A DNA stretch of 64,000 nt, taken from the NCBI GenBank assembly GCA_902615855.1, contig CACMQN010000006.1, positions 6,208 through 70,207 of the forward strand. The letters run 5' to 3'. A program made the translations under genes and the position numbers. The notes beneath the pieces are model-generated. The model had not been told where the DNA came from and did not search any database. It saw only the letters and a program-made list of their open reading frames with translations. This document shows positions 34,638-43,174 of the stretch, piece by piece. Numbering within the stretch: position 1 is the stretch's first letter; every line of letters begins with the position of its first letter. The stretch comes from an uncultured Candidatus Actinomarina sp. Lineage in GTDB: Bacteria > Actinomycetota > Acidimicrobiia > Actinomarinales > Actinomarinaceae.

Positions 34638-34996
34638 AAAAAATGGAACAAATTAGTGTAACTATAAATAAATTTCCAGAACATAATGAAGAAATTTATG
34701 AAGCATGGAAATCCTGCTGGCAAGAGTTAGAAGGTTCTGAACATGCAGCATCAGATATGAAATATATTTGGTCTTATCAAATTAATGATGGAGAAGTTTA
34801 CTACATTGGAATAAACATTTGGCCTTCAAAAGAAACTAGAGCAGCTTTTGTTGAAAGTGGAGGTCCAGAAAAATTTTTAGTAGAGCTAACTAAATTGTTT
34901 GAAGAAAAAACCGGTATGACCATTGATGAGGCTAATGAAAATCGAGAAATGAATCTTGAATTACCAGGTATGGATATTCAAATTTCAAATCTTTAA
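34634..34996 (+). CDS. Single-domain ABM-like protein
   Basis: 120 aa with IGINIWPSKETRAAFVE. The GTG start overlaps the previous stop; an alternative ATG lies at 34643. Confidence 0.5.
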   Translation: MKKMEQISVTINKFPEHNEEIYEAWKSCWQELEGSEHAASDMKYIWSYQINDGEVYYIGINIWPSKETRAAFVESGGPEKFLVELTKLFEEKTGMTIDEANENREMNLELPGMDIQISNL

Positions 34997-35002
34997 TTAA
35001 AA

Positions 35003-35647
35003 ATGTACGCTGTTGCGGTAACAATATTATTTAAAGAGGGAAAGCTCGTCGAACTTAAAGACTTTTTTGAAAATACTGGTTTTCCTGCTTTAGAGGTACT
35101 AAAAGGCGACATGTATTCGATCGCCTTTTTTAACCCAAAAGATAATGTAAACCTTGGTATTGCATTTATGAAGGACAAAGAGACTGCAGATAAATTTGCA
35201 GAAATTAGAAACGAAAACTTAATGCAAATCCAAGATTTACTTTCTAGTTTTCCAAGAGTATACGAAGGCGAATTATTAACTGGTAAGACATTAAAGGACT
35301 CTTTAGTTGATGATCCAAAAGATTCTATGTTTTTGGCATTTGCAAAATTAGATGTAAAAAATGCTGATGAATATATGAATCTTCAAAAAGAAATTTATTT
35401 ACCAAAACTTGAAGATGATGAAGGAATTATTTCTTATGGATCAATTAAAATTGATGAAAATTCCCTTGTTTTATTTGAATTTTGGACCTCCCATGATGCG
35501 AAGCATAGTTTTGATGAGAAACTTAATGCAGATGAAAACGTTTACGAAAAGTTTATGCCATTGATGGATGGATTTACTGATTATTATGGTGAACCATATG
35601 CCATCAGACAGTTTGTTGACTTTAAAGCTGGTGAATCAATAAATTAA
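35003..35647 (+). CDS. Tandem ABM-like two-domain protein, paralogue C (more divergent)
   Basis: 214 aa with LGIAFMKDKETADKFAE and VLFEFWTSHDAKHSFDE. Ends QFVDFKAGESIN. Confidence 0.5.
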   Translation: MYAVAVTILFKEGKLVELKDFFENTGFPALEVLKGDMYSIAFFNPKDNVNLGIAFMKDKETADKFAEIRNENLMQIQDLLSSFPRVYEGELLTGKTLKDSLVDDPKDSMFLAFAKLDVKNADEYMNLQKEIYLPKLEDDEGIISYGSIKIDENSLVLFEFWTSHDAKHSFDEKLNADENVYEKFMPLMDGFTDYYGEPYAIRQFVDFKAGESIN

Positions 35648-35669
35648 AGAGTCCTTTAAAATTTAATAT

Positions 35670-36770
35670 ATGCTGGACGAAAGAAGATATGACATTGATG
35701 CATTGAGGTCTATAGCTCTTTTTCTCTTAATCATTTATCATTTAGCTGTTTCTTTTACTTCAGTAGCTAAATGGATTCTTTTTGTTCCAAACAACAAGCC
35801 GGTTGACAATTTATGGGGATTACTCAATATATTTAATATATGGCGAATCCCACTGCTTTTTATAATTGCTGGGATTGCATTAAGGTTTTCATTTCAAAAT
35901 AGAGGCATTGGAGAACTTTTGAAAGAGAGATTAAGAAGACTGGGAATTCCTTATCTTGTTGGTTCTGTAACTTTTGTTCCATTATATTTGATAATTTCTG
36001 CTCGATTTATTTATGGAGATATAAACACGGAAGATAGCATTGGGATTGTAATTACCTCTTTTTTCACAGGAGGACACTTATGGTTTTTAATAAATATATT
36101 AATTTATTGTTTATTACTTATCCCAATTATTGGATTCTTATCAAACAAAAAAGAGGGTTTTAAGTTTTTAGATTCAATTCTTAAATTAAGAGGAGGTGTT
36201 TTAATTTTCTCAATACCAATAGTACTTGAGGGGCATCTTCTAGACTTAACAGCTTTTAATCAAGAAATAGGTTATGGAAATGGTTACGCCGAATATTACG
36301 GTACAAATCATGGTCTACTTTTGGGTTTTTTATGGTTTTTAATTGGCATAGTTTTAACTTCTCAGGGTGATAAATTCTGGGAATATAATTTAAAAAATAT
36401 AGGCACTCATACAATCATAGGTATTCCACTTTTAGTAAATAGATTTGTAAACGAATTTGAAGTTGTAAATAAGCTAATTGCTTTCGAATCTTTTAACTTT
36501 ATTTTCTTAATTCTTGGAATTGGAGCAAAATATCTTAATAAGGATTCATCACAACTTCAATACTACAAACAAGCCTTATTTCCAGTTTATATTGTTCACA
36601 TGCCTGTACAAATGGGAGTGATGTACATTTTTTCATATATAAATTTACCTTTTTTGATAAAGTTTCCACTAGTTTTATTTTTAATCTGTTTTCTGAGTCT
36701 CACAATTTATCATGGTGTAAAAAGTATTAAAATTTTAAGACCAATTTTTGGGTTACCAAATAAAAAATAA
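35670..36770 (+). CDS. Acyltransferase-3 family (OafA/NolL-like) integral membrane acyltransferase
   Basis: 366 aa, about 10 TM. N-terminal RRYDIDALRSIALFLLIIYH motif. Confidence 0.7.
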   Translation: MLDERRYDIDALRSIALFLLIIYHLAVSFTSVAKWILFVPNNKPVDNLWGLLNIFNIWRIPLLFIIAGIALRFSFQNRGIGELLKERLRRLGIPYLVGSVTFVPLYLIISARFIYGDINTEDSIGIVITSFFTGGHLWFLINILIYCLLLIPIIGFLSNKKEGFKFLDSILKLRGGVLIFSIPIVLEGHLLDLTAFNQEIGYGNGYAEYYGTNHGLLLGFLWFLIGIVLTSQGDKFWEYNLKNIGTHTIIGIPLLVNRFVNEFEVVNKLIAFESFNFIFLILGIGAKYLNKDSSQLQYYKQALFPVYIVHMPVQMGVMYIFSYINLPFLIKFPLVLFLICFLSLTIYHGVKSIKILRPIFGLPNKK

Positions 36771-36772
36771 AA

Positions 36773-36898
36773 ATGAATCGAAAAATAATTGTTAGATGTA
36801 TTTTGGTTTTATTTTTTGTACTTTTTTTAATACTTTCTGATTCCTATATGGCACGAAGATTAGTGCAATTACCATCACTTTTATTAAACTATTTTTGA
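36773..36898 (+). CDS. Possible 41-aa single-TM peptide MNRKIIVRCILVLFFVLFLILSDSYMARRLVQLPSLLLNYF
   Basis: My translation. Below the ORF-track cutoff. It fills the gap between the acyltransferase and the PPOX-like gene. No clear Shine-Dalgarno. Confidence 0.2.
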   Translation: MNRKIIVRCILVLFFVLFLILSDSYMARRLVQLPSLLLNYF

Positions 36899-37269
36899 AT
36901 ATGAATCTCTTAGATTTTGCAGACCATGAATATATCAATTTAATCACATATAGAAGAGATGACAGCCCAGTAAAGACCCCAGTATGGGTTGCAAAATATA
37001 AGGAGTATTTAGTTATTACCTCAAGCAAATCAGCAGGGAAAGTTAAAAGAATAAATAATAATGGTAGAGCAACAATTTATGTTACAGATCAAATTGGCAG
37101 CAGTGCTCTTTCAGATCCACTTGATGTAAAAGCATCAATCATTGATGATGAGAAAAATAAACAAGAGGCTTTAGATAAAATAATTAAAAAATATGGATCA
37201 ATGTCTAAAATGTTTATTAGAGGTTCTAACGAAAATCGTGCAATTATTAAAATTCAAGAAAAGGAGTAA
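36895..37269 (+). CDS. Pyridoxamine 5'-phosphate oxidase-like (PPOX/F420-type split-barrel) small protein
   Basis: 124 aa. INLITYRRDDSPVKTPVWVAKYKEYLVITSSKSAGKVKRINNNGRATI resembles the actinobacterial PPOX class. TTG at 36895; an alternative ATG lies at 36901. Confidence 0.55.
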   Translation: MNMNLLDFADHEYINLITYRRDDSPVKTPVWVAKYKEYLVITSSKSAGKVKRINNNGRATIYVTDQIGSSALSDPLDVKASIIDDEKNKQEALDKIIKKYGSMSKMFIRGSNENRAIIKIQEKE

Positions 37270-37271
37270 AT

Positions 37272-37310
37272 ATGTTCTGTCCAGAGTGTGGATGCGAAGA
37301 CGAAAACTAA
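37272..37310 (+). CDS. Micro-ORF MFCPECGCEDEN (12 aa) behind a strong Shine-Dalgarno
   Basis: AAGGAG at 37261-37266, 5 nt upstream of the ATG. Could be a Zn-ribbon-like remnant or a genuine micropeptide. Confidence 0.2.
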   Translation: MFCPECGCEDEN

Positions 37311-37311
37311 C

Positions 37312-37803
37312 TTAAGAAAACCATTTATGAGTTCCAAAATGATTTCTTGGAACCGGTTCTCTATATTTTAAAAAATATTCAATACCTCCTAAAACTGAAT
37401 CTAGATAATTGCTCAACATAGGATTAATTTGAAAAACATAGGGAATAATATAAAGGGGGCCAGGAAATTTTTTAAGAGGATACGTATTAACTTGAATTGA
37501 TAATTCAGACGAGCTCTCGTCACCTGTTAGCTTCCATTTAACTTTTGATTTTTTTCCATTTTTGGTTCCAATTATTAAGTCATAACCATTTTCATCCCAT
37601 TGAGTAAACTCTCTTTCAAAAGTAAGTCCACTTAGATACTCTAAAATATCTTTCGATCCGACACCTGGCCAAGTGACAACAGTATTGTTTTTACAAAATG
37701 GATGAGTCTCATTTAAATAATTTGGCGTTGTTATTACATTCCAAACTTCATCTTTAGAAAAATCAAGCTTCTTAATCCTCTTAATAGATAGAATGTTGTT
37801 CAT
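37312..37803 (-). CDS. SRPBCC (START/polyketide cyclase-like) superfamily protein
   Basis: 163 aa. The N-terminal pattern KDEVWNVITTPNYLNETHPF is typical of SRPBCC ligand-binding proteins. This assignment is weak. Confidence 0.45.
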   Translation of the reverse strand: MNNILSIKRIKKLDFSKDEVWNVITTPNYLNETHPFCKNNTVVTWPGVGSKDILEYLSGLTFEREFTQWDENGYDLIIGTKNGKKSKVKWKLTGDESSSELSIQVNTYPLKKFPGPLYIIPYVFQINPMLSNYLDSVLGGIEYFLKYREPVPRNHFGTHKWFS

Positions 37804-37925
37804 AATACTATTTTAGGGCATAGGTCAACTACGTTTGGAAGAGTGTTTGAGTGACTCAATAACGCATACAAGCAGTTGACCTATAATACAATTATAGATA
37901 TCTAATCACAAACACGCAAGATTGT

Positions 37926-37959
37926 GCAAAAATATTCACAAATATGTACTTTTTGTGAA
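37926..37959 (-). terminator. Possible intrinsic terminator after the permease gene (TTCACAAA-N9-TTTGTGAA, then UAUUUUUG on the minus strand)
   Basis: 8-bp AT-rich stem read directly at 37935-37959, with the U-tract from 37926-37934. Confidence 0.3.
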
Positions 37960-38066
37960 ATTAAAGCATTAGATATAGAAACCCTACAAACATAGGGATA
38001 AGAAGAATAAAAGCAAGAGCAACAATTTTTTTTACATCCATATTTTAAGATTAACTCTGATGAGAT

Positions 38067-39230
38067 TTAAAAATAAACTACAAGAGAGATTCCAAGAATA
38101 ACACAAAGAAGTAATCCATATAAAGATATATAGACAGGAAATATTCTATTTGATTTTTTAAGTCTAATGACACAAAGATTTGTAATTGAGTAGTAAATCA
38201 AAATAAATATTGCGCTTAATTTTACAGCTGACAATACATCAAAATTTAAAACACCAACCACCACAATGAAACCAACAAATATATCTGCTACATAGGCTGA
38301 GTTTTGCTTTGGGTGGATGGTCATAAATAAGCTTGGAATTTTTTTATCTCTTGCCATTGCCACTAACACCCTACTTATCCCTGGCAAAAGAGCGAGTAAC
38401 ACAGATCCTGTAGCAACAGTTGATGCAATAATAATTAGATATGAAAACTCAGAAAAACGACTCAAGTCAAATGCGACTTTTAATGGAGTTAAGGAATTTT
38501 CAATGATACCTGGATTTACAATTCCAAGTGTAACAAATGACGTTGAGATATATAAAAATAATGTAATTCCTAAACCAACAAGTATTGCCTTAGGTATAAT
38601 TTTTTCTGGGCTATCAACCTCTTCACCGAATGTTGCAAGTCTTGAATACCCTGTAAATGCAAAGAACCAGATACTTGCACTCAGAATAAGATTTTTAAAT
38701 GAAAAACCTTTTCCAATAGGTATGTCAAATGAAAAATTACTGGAGCTTATAACAGATATAATATAAAAAATGAGTATCAGAACTATTGTGTATACAAACC
38801 ATCTGGCAATATTTACAGTCTTTGAGATTCCAAAATAATTTATTAGTGTGACAAAAATAATAAATATTATTGATACAACTTTTGGATTTTCTGGATAAAG
38901 ATAATTTCCAAGTGTTAAAGCTACCGCAGTACAACTAATTAACTTACCAATAGCAAATGAATATCCTGCAATTGAAGATGGATACTTCCCTAGAACATTT
39001 TTCGCATAAAGGTAAGTCCCTCCTGTTTCAGGGAAAAGCCTTGCAAGTTGGGCAGATGAACTTGCATTTGCAAACGCAACAGTTCCTGCGAGCAACAACC
39101 CCAATATTGAAGAGTAAGATGCAATTTTTGAAGTAGGTGAAATGTTAAAAAACAAACCAGCACCAATCATGGAACTAAGACCCAATAAGATTGATTTATT
39201 TAGTGTTAAAGTCCTCTGAAATTTGTCCAT
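38067..39230 (-). CDS. APC-family amino acid/polyamine permease
   Basis: 387 aa, about 11-12 TM. N-terminal GLSSMIGAGLFFN motif. Confidence 0.8.
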   Translation of the reverse strand: MDKFQRTLTLNKSILLGLSSMIGAGLFFNISPTSKIASYSSILGLLLAGTVAFANASSSAQLARLFPETGGTYLYAKNVLGKYPSSIAGYSFAIGKLISCTAVALTLGNYLYPENPKVVSIIFIIFVTLINYFGISKTVNIARWFVYTIVLILIFYIISVISSSNFSFDIPIGKGFSFKNLILSASIWFFAFTGYSRLATFGEEVDSPEKIIPKAILVGLGITLFLYISTSFVTLGIVNPGIIENSLTPLKVAFDLSRFSEFSYLIIIASTVATGSVLLALLPGISRVLVAMARDKKIPSLFMTIHPKQNSAYVADIFVGFIVVVGVLNFDVLSAVKLSAIFILIYYSITNLCVIRLKKSNRIFPVYISLYGLLLCVILGISLVVYF

Positions 39231-39297
39231 CTAGTAATTTTATTTCGTAAAGAAGATTCAAACAAATATGAATAATGTTTCGTGATAAAATATTTCT

Positions 39298-40287
39298 ATG
39301 TTCAATAAACTATCCCCAGCCCCAATTACAGAGCCAAAATACAGAAATTTAATGATCTTTGCCATGCTTTGGATGTTTATTGGAGCATGGGTCGATGCCA
39401 GTGCACATAGGTATGTAATAGACGAGCTTGAATCTTTTTTTACTCCATGGCACGGTATTTTATATTCAGGTTTTGGTGTTGTTGTTTTGTCTGCTGTGTA
39501 CGTTAAAAATAAAATGAAGGATTATAAATTCGACGTGGGAATATTAGGAGCTTCTATATTTGCAATTGGTGGAGGTTCGGATGCTATATGGCATACCCTA
39601 CTTGGCATTGAAGTTGGCATCGAACCATTAATTACACCTTCTCACCTCATGTTATTTTTAGGAGCATTTTTAATGTTAGATCATGTTTTTGCATCTAGAC
39701 CAAATAGAGAACATTTAGATACAGCTTCCATATTTGCTCTAGCTTCAAGCTATGCATTAGTGGTTTATATTACTCAATTTGTTAACCCATTTTTTGAGCC
39801 ATATATCTTTTTTCAAAATAATGAATTTATCTATCAAGCATTTTCTGCAGCGTCAGTATTTTTTCAAGCCATGCTTGGTTCGGTTGTTTTTGTCTATGCA
39901 ATTAGATTTAATGTTTCTCCAAAGAATATGGCATTAATATTCTTAATTTCATTCATGTATCAAGCTTTAATTTTTTTACTAGGAGACTTCCAATTATTAA
40001 TTGGAACTTTTATAGCAGGTGTCTTTATAGCTTTCTTCGTTAATCAAATAGCTACTTGGTATTACAAAACTAATCATGATAGAAAAATTCAAATATCTAC
40101 AGCTCTAGTAGGTTCACTTTATGGCTTAACTGTTGTGTTATACATATTATTAATTGAAATAACAGGTGGTTATGAGCTTTCATGGAGATTTTATGGACTT
40201 GGAGGGTTAGTAACAACACCGTTGCTGTTTGGTTATATGGTTGGAAATCTTGGCGTTAGTCCTTCTACCGGAGAGACTGTTTCCTAA
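39298..40287 (+). CDS. Polytopic membrane protein, unknown function
   Basis: 329 aa, about 8-9 hydrophobic segments, several conserved-looking His residues (SAHRY, TPWHG, AIWHT, PSHL, LDHV). Confidence 0.6.
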   Translation: MFNKLSPAPITEPKYRNLMIFAMLWMFIGAWVDASAHRYVIDELESFFTPWHGILYSGFGVVVLSAVYVKNKMKDYKFDVGILGASIFAIGGGSDAIWHTLLGIEVGIEPLITPSHLMLFLGAFLMLDHVFASRPNREHLDTASIFALASSYALVVYITQFVNPFFEPYIFFQNNEFIYQAFSAASVFFQAMLGSVVFVYAIRFNVSPKNMALIFLISFMYQALIFLLGDFQLLIGTFIAGVFIAFFVNQIATWYYKTNHDRKIQISTALVGSLYGLTVVLYILLIEITGGYELSWRFYGLGGLVTTPLLFGYMVGNLGVSPSTGETVS

Positions 40288-40294
40288 AAAGTAA

Positions 40295-41098
40295 TTATTT
40301 TAGTGAATCAGATAATTTTTTTAATTCTTTGATTGCATCCATGTCATCCTCAGGTAATTGATTTCTAGAAACTGGTTCCCCAATAATTATTCTTATTTTT
40401 TTATTTTTCTTGTTTAGAAGTTCATTTAATTGGGATATATCTCTTAACTGCGTATTTATTATTGAAGCAAAATAAAAAAACCAGGAATTTCGCCCTTGTA
40501 TATATGCAGGGATTAATAAGCAATTATTTCTCTCAGCAATGTTTAAAGGAGTTTTTTGCCAAGGCCTTTCCTCCAAGCCAAAGATAGTAAATTTTGATAA
40601 TCTTCCAGATGGAAACAATATTCCAATTCTTTCTTGAGAAAAAAATGTTCTCATTCTTTCAATGGTTTTTTTTGTTGCTGTATGTATTTGTTTTTCTTTA
40701 TCCCAAACAACTGGAGCCATCATGTCATCAAAAGCACCTAGTAAATATACAAATAATTCATTTGCAAAAAAGAATGCATCTTTTCTTTTTTTGTAGACAT
40801 TATGATACATTGCCACGGCATCAGCAGGACCCATTGGATGATTTGCAACAACTAAACATTTTCCGTCTTCAGGAATATTATTTAATCCACTTACTTCACA
40901 ATTTTTTGTATATGTATCTCCAAGCCATTCAAAAGCTTCAGATCCCGACATATTTTGTATATGGTCACCGACATAGATAGATTCATCAATTCGTAAATAC
41001 TTTGATAAAAAATTAAATATCACTTTAGAAAAAATATTTTCTTTAAGGAACCATGGCCCTCTTTCACGAATAAGGCTGTAGATTTTTTCTTCCATCAA
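40295..41098 (-). CDS. PlsC-superfamily (lysophospholipid) acyltransferase
   Basis: H-x4-D motif VVANHPMGPAD and block III FPSGRLS. Confidence 0.6.
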   Translation of the reverse strand: MMEEKIYSLIRERGPWFLKENIFSKVIFNFLSKYLRIDESIYVGDHIQNMSGSEAFEWLGDTYTKNCEVSGLNNIPEDGKCLVVANHPMGPADAVAMYHNVYKKRKDAFFFANELFVYLLGAFDDMMAPVVWDKEKQIHTATKKTIERMRTFFSQERIGILFPSGRLSKFTIFGLEERPWQKTPLNIAERNNCLLIPAYIQGRNSWFFYFASIINTQLRDISQLNELLNKKNKKIRIIIGEPVSRNQLPEDDMDAIKELKKLSDSLK

Positions 41099-41763
41099 GC
41101 TCTAAATATTTTCTTTTTACCCTTTATACCATCAAATTTTAATCGCATTCTTTTGATGATTTCATCTTTTGTTCCAGACATATCAAATGATGGTAGAAAT
41201 TTTAGTTGCCTATTTTCATAGTCAATTTGTACCGGCATTACTTGAGCCTCAAGTTCTTTTGCAAGATACACAAAGCTTGATCTAAATCTCTCTGCATCAA
41301 ACCTTCCTTCTGGTGTAACAATTAGTAAAAAATTATCAATTTTCTTTAGTTCATTAATTACAAGATCATACTGACCAGAGCCTTCTTTCCTATCAACAGG
41401 AATTGCTCCAAATCTTTTAAATAATCTTTCCTGCAGCCACCCTAGTGGCCAACTAACTCCTTGATTATCAATGTCTTTTGCATTTATAAAGGGGTTTGGA
41501 AGTTTACGCATTGTCCACTTAGCTGATAGATAGGAAACTTTAATATCTAAAGCTAAGATCATAAGAATCATAAGATATTCATCTTTAAAAGATTGATGCG
41601 GTGCAGCAACAACTATAACTCTTTTATTATCAAGGAAGCTCCCAACAGCTTTTATATCTTCAAAAAGTAATAAGAAATATGCTAATTTTTGAAGAAAAAA
41701 TCTTTTCTTTCTTGGAGTATTTGTCGGAATATCTACATCAGGAAGTATCTTTGTATACGGCAT
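41095..41763 (-). CDS. PlsC-like acyltransferase (paralogue of 50639-51304)
   Basis: AAPHQSFKD (H-x4-D), VTPEGRF. 4-nt overlap with the downstream acyltransferase. Confidence 0.6.
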   Translation of the reverse strand: MPYTKILPDVDIPTNTPRKKRFFLQKLAYFLLLFEDIKAVGSFLDNKRVIVVAAPHQSFKDEYLMILMILALDIKVSYLSAKWTMRKLPNPFINAKDIDNQGVSWPLGWLQERLFKRFGAIPVDRKEGSGQYDLVINELKKIDNFLLIVTPEGRFDAERFRSSFVYLAKELEAQVMPVQIDYENRQLKFLPSFDMSGTKDEIIKRMRLKFDGIKGKKKIFRA

Positions 41764-41788
41764 ATAAAGAATTTTATTACTTTAATTT

Positions 41789-42484
41789 TTAATATGTTTT
41801 TTCTTCTTCAGAATTTAAGAATGTTACATTATTGAATTCTTTTAATCGAAAAAAATGTCCCGATGATATTTGACTTGATTTTAAGGTAGTATGCCCAGCA
41901 TGCCTCGGAAGATATTTTCGCCAAGTCCAAGGAAACAAATCTAAATCTAAGAAATACGAGAGCAAGGCTGACATTGTTCCGGCATGTGAAATGATTAATA
42001 GTTTTTCAATTTTGGATTCAGTTAGATTAAACAATGAATCAAAGTCATTTTTTACTTTCGTGATCCCAATCGAATTTAAATTTTTATCGAGATTATCAAA
42101 TATATTTGAGCTAAATCCTTTCATATATTCACCATGAACACTTTCGTACCACTGCTCGAATGACATAGCATTTCTCTGTTCAAAAAACTTTTCTATGTCA
42201 CCACCGGACTTTCCAAAAAGCTCTTTTTCTTCATCATCAAGGGCCTCCTCAAGCCAGTCAAAAGTTTTAAGGCTTTGCGCTACACCTTTTTCTTTAAAAG
42301 GAAACATTGTTTCCTGTGCTCTTCTCAATGGTGATACCCAAAGTTGATCAAAGCTATTTTCAGAAAACATTGAAGCAGATTTATCTGCTTGTATTTTTCC
42401 TAATTCTGTTAAGCCAGGATTAAGATCATATTGATCACCATCAACCCACTTTGGTTGACCGTGCCTAATTAGAACAATTTCCAT
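41789..42484 (-). CDS. Histidine phosphatase family protein (phosphoglycerate mutase-like)
   Basis: Catalytic RHG motif IVLIRHGQP, and SPLRRAQET. Confidence 0.75.
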   Translation of the reverse strand: MEIVLIRHGQPKWVDGDQYDLNPGLTELGKIQADKSASMFSENSFDQLWVSPLRRAQETMFPFKEKGVAQSLKTFDWLEEALDDEEKELFGKSGGDIEKFFEQRNAMSFEQWYESVHGEYMKGFSSNIFDNLDKNLNSIGITKVKNDFDSLFNLTESKIEKLLIISHAGTMSALLSYFLDLDLFPWTWRKYLPRHAGHTTLKSSQISSGHFFRLKEFNNVTFLNSEEEKTY

Positions 42485-42535
42485 ATTTAAACAATAGCTA
42501 TACTTGAGTATTCTGTAGGTAATAGAATCAAATTT

Positions 42536-42991
42536 ATGGAAAAAAAACTTTTTAGGAAAAAAAATAAATTCTTTTCAAAACTTTTGAATGGTATTTTTCT
42601 TTCATATGTTTCCGTTGACAACATCTTAGAGGGTCCATTAAGAGAATTTTTAAAACGTTATTTCGATCTTGATGAATTTGGTTCTAACAACAGAGAAGAA
42701 AGTCTTTATTACCTAATTTTATTCTTTGGTCTTTTCCAAATAATCATTTCGCTTCAAGCAATTTTTCAACCAGTGATAGAAATCAAAAATGGAAAAATAG
42801 CTCTTAAGACAAAAGAAAAAATTTTGTCAATAATTAATGGCGTAGATGAAATAACTAATATTCAAGAAAAAGATGAAGATACTATCATTTTTTCATTTCA
42901 AGAAAAATCATATGAAGTAGTGATTAAACATATAGACAGTCGTGAATTAGAGCTTATTTTGACTGAAATAAAATCAGCGATTACCGAGTAA
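42536..42991 (+). CDS. Hypothetical protein with an N-terminal TM hairpin
   Basis: 151-aa ORF with no recognised motif. Confidence 0.5.
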   Translation: MEKKLFRKKNKFFSKLLNGIFLSYVSVDNILEGPLREFLKRYFDLDEFGSNNREESLYYLILFFGLFQIIISLQAIFQPVIEIKNGKIALKTKEKILSIINGVDEITNIQEKDEDTIIFSFQEKSYEVVIKHIDSRELELILTEIKSAITE

Positions 42992-43144
42992 AGTTCGCGA
43001 AAAATATATTAGAAAATATTTTGCGCAAACATGGTTTTTTACCTATATTTATAGAAACTATTGGAAAATAAATCGCAAGATTTAAAAGAAAATAGAATAG
43101 AAAATCCCGAAGGGTCGCAAGATCAATCGGGATTTTTGCTTTAT
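42990..43144 (+). repeat. Intergenic module copy 1 (155 bp), paralogous to 44457-44612
   Basis: Aligned by eye. Shared 5' 14-mer AAAGTTCGCGAAAA, promoter-like hexamers at the same offsets, UCGCAAGA hairpins, and an identical 3' 54 nt (43091-43144). Confidence 0.9.
43056..43142 (+). ncRNA. Candidate small RNA or terminator-type leader, copy 1 (tandem GCAA-capped hairpins)
   Basis: -35 TTGCGC 43021-43026, 17-nt spacer, -10 TATATT 43044-43049. Hairpin AUC-GCAA-GAU at 43072-43081. Long interrupted stem AAAAUCCCGA/UCGGGAUUUU (43101-43136) capped by GGUC-GCAA-GAUC and followed by UUUUUGCUUU. The 5' end is estimated only. Confidence 0.35.
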
Positions 43145-43174
43145 GCCATCGATTTATCTATCTAAAATTAAAGT

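Noticed and set aside
36792-37028. 78-aa minus-strand ORF overlapping the start of the PPOX-like gene
   Set aside because: It overlaps a gene with recognisable family features. It has no Shine-Dalgarno and no motif. It would leave the PPOX-like gene without its N-terminus.
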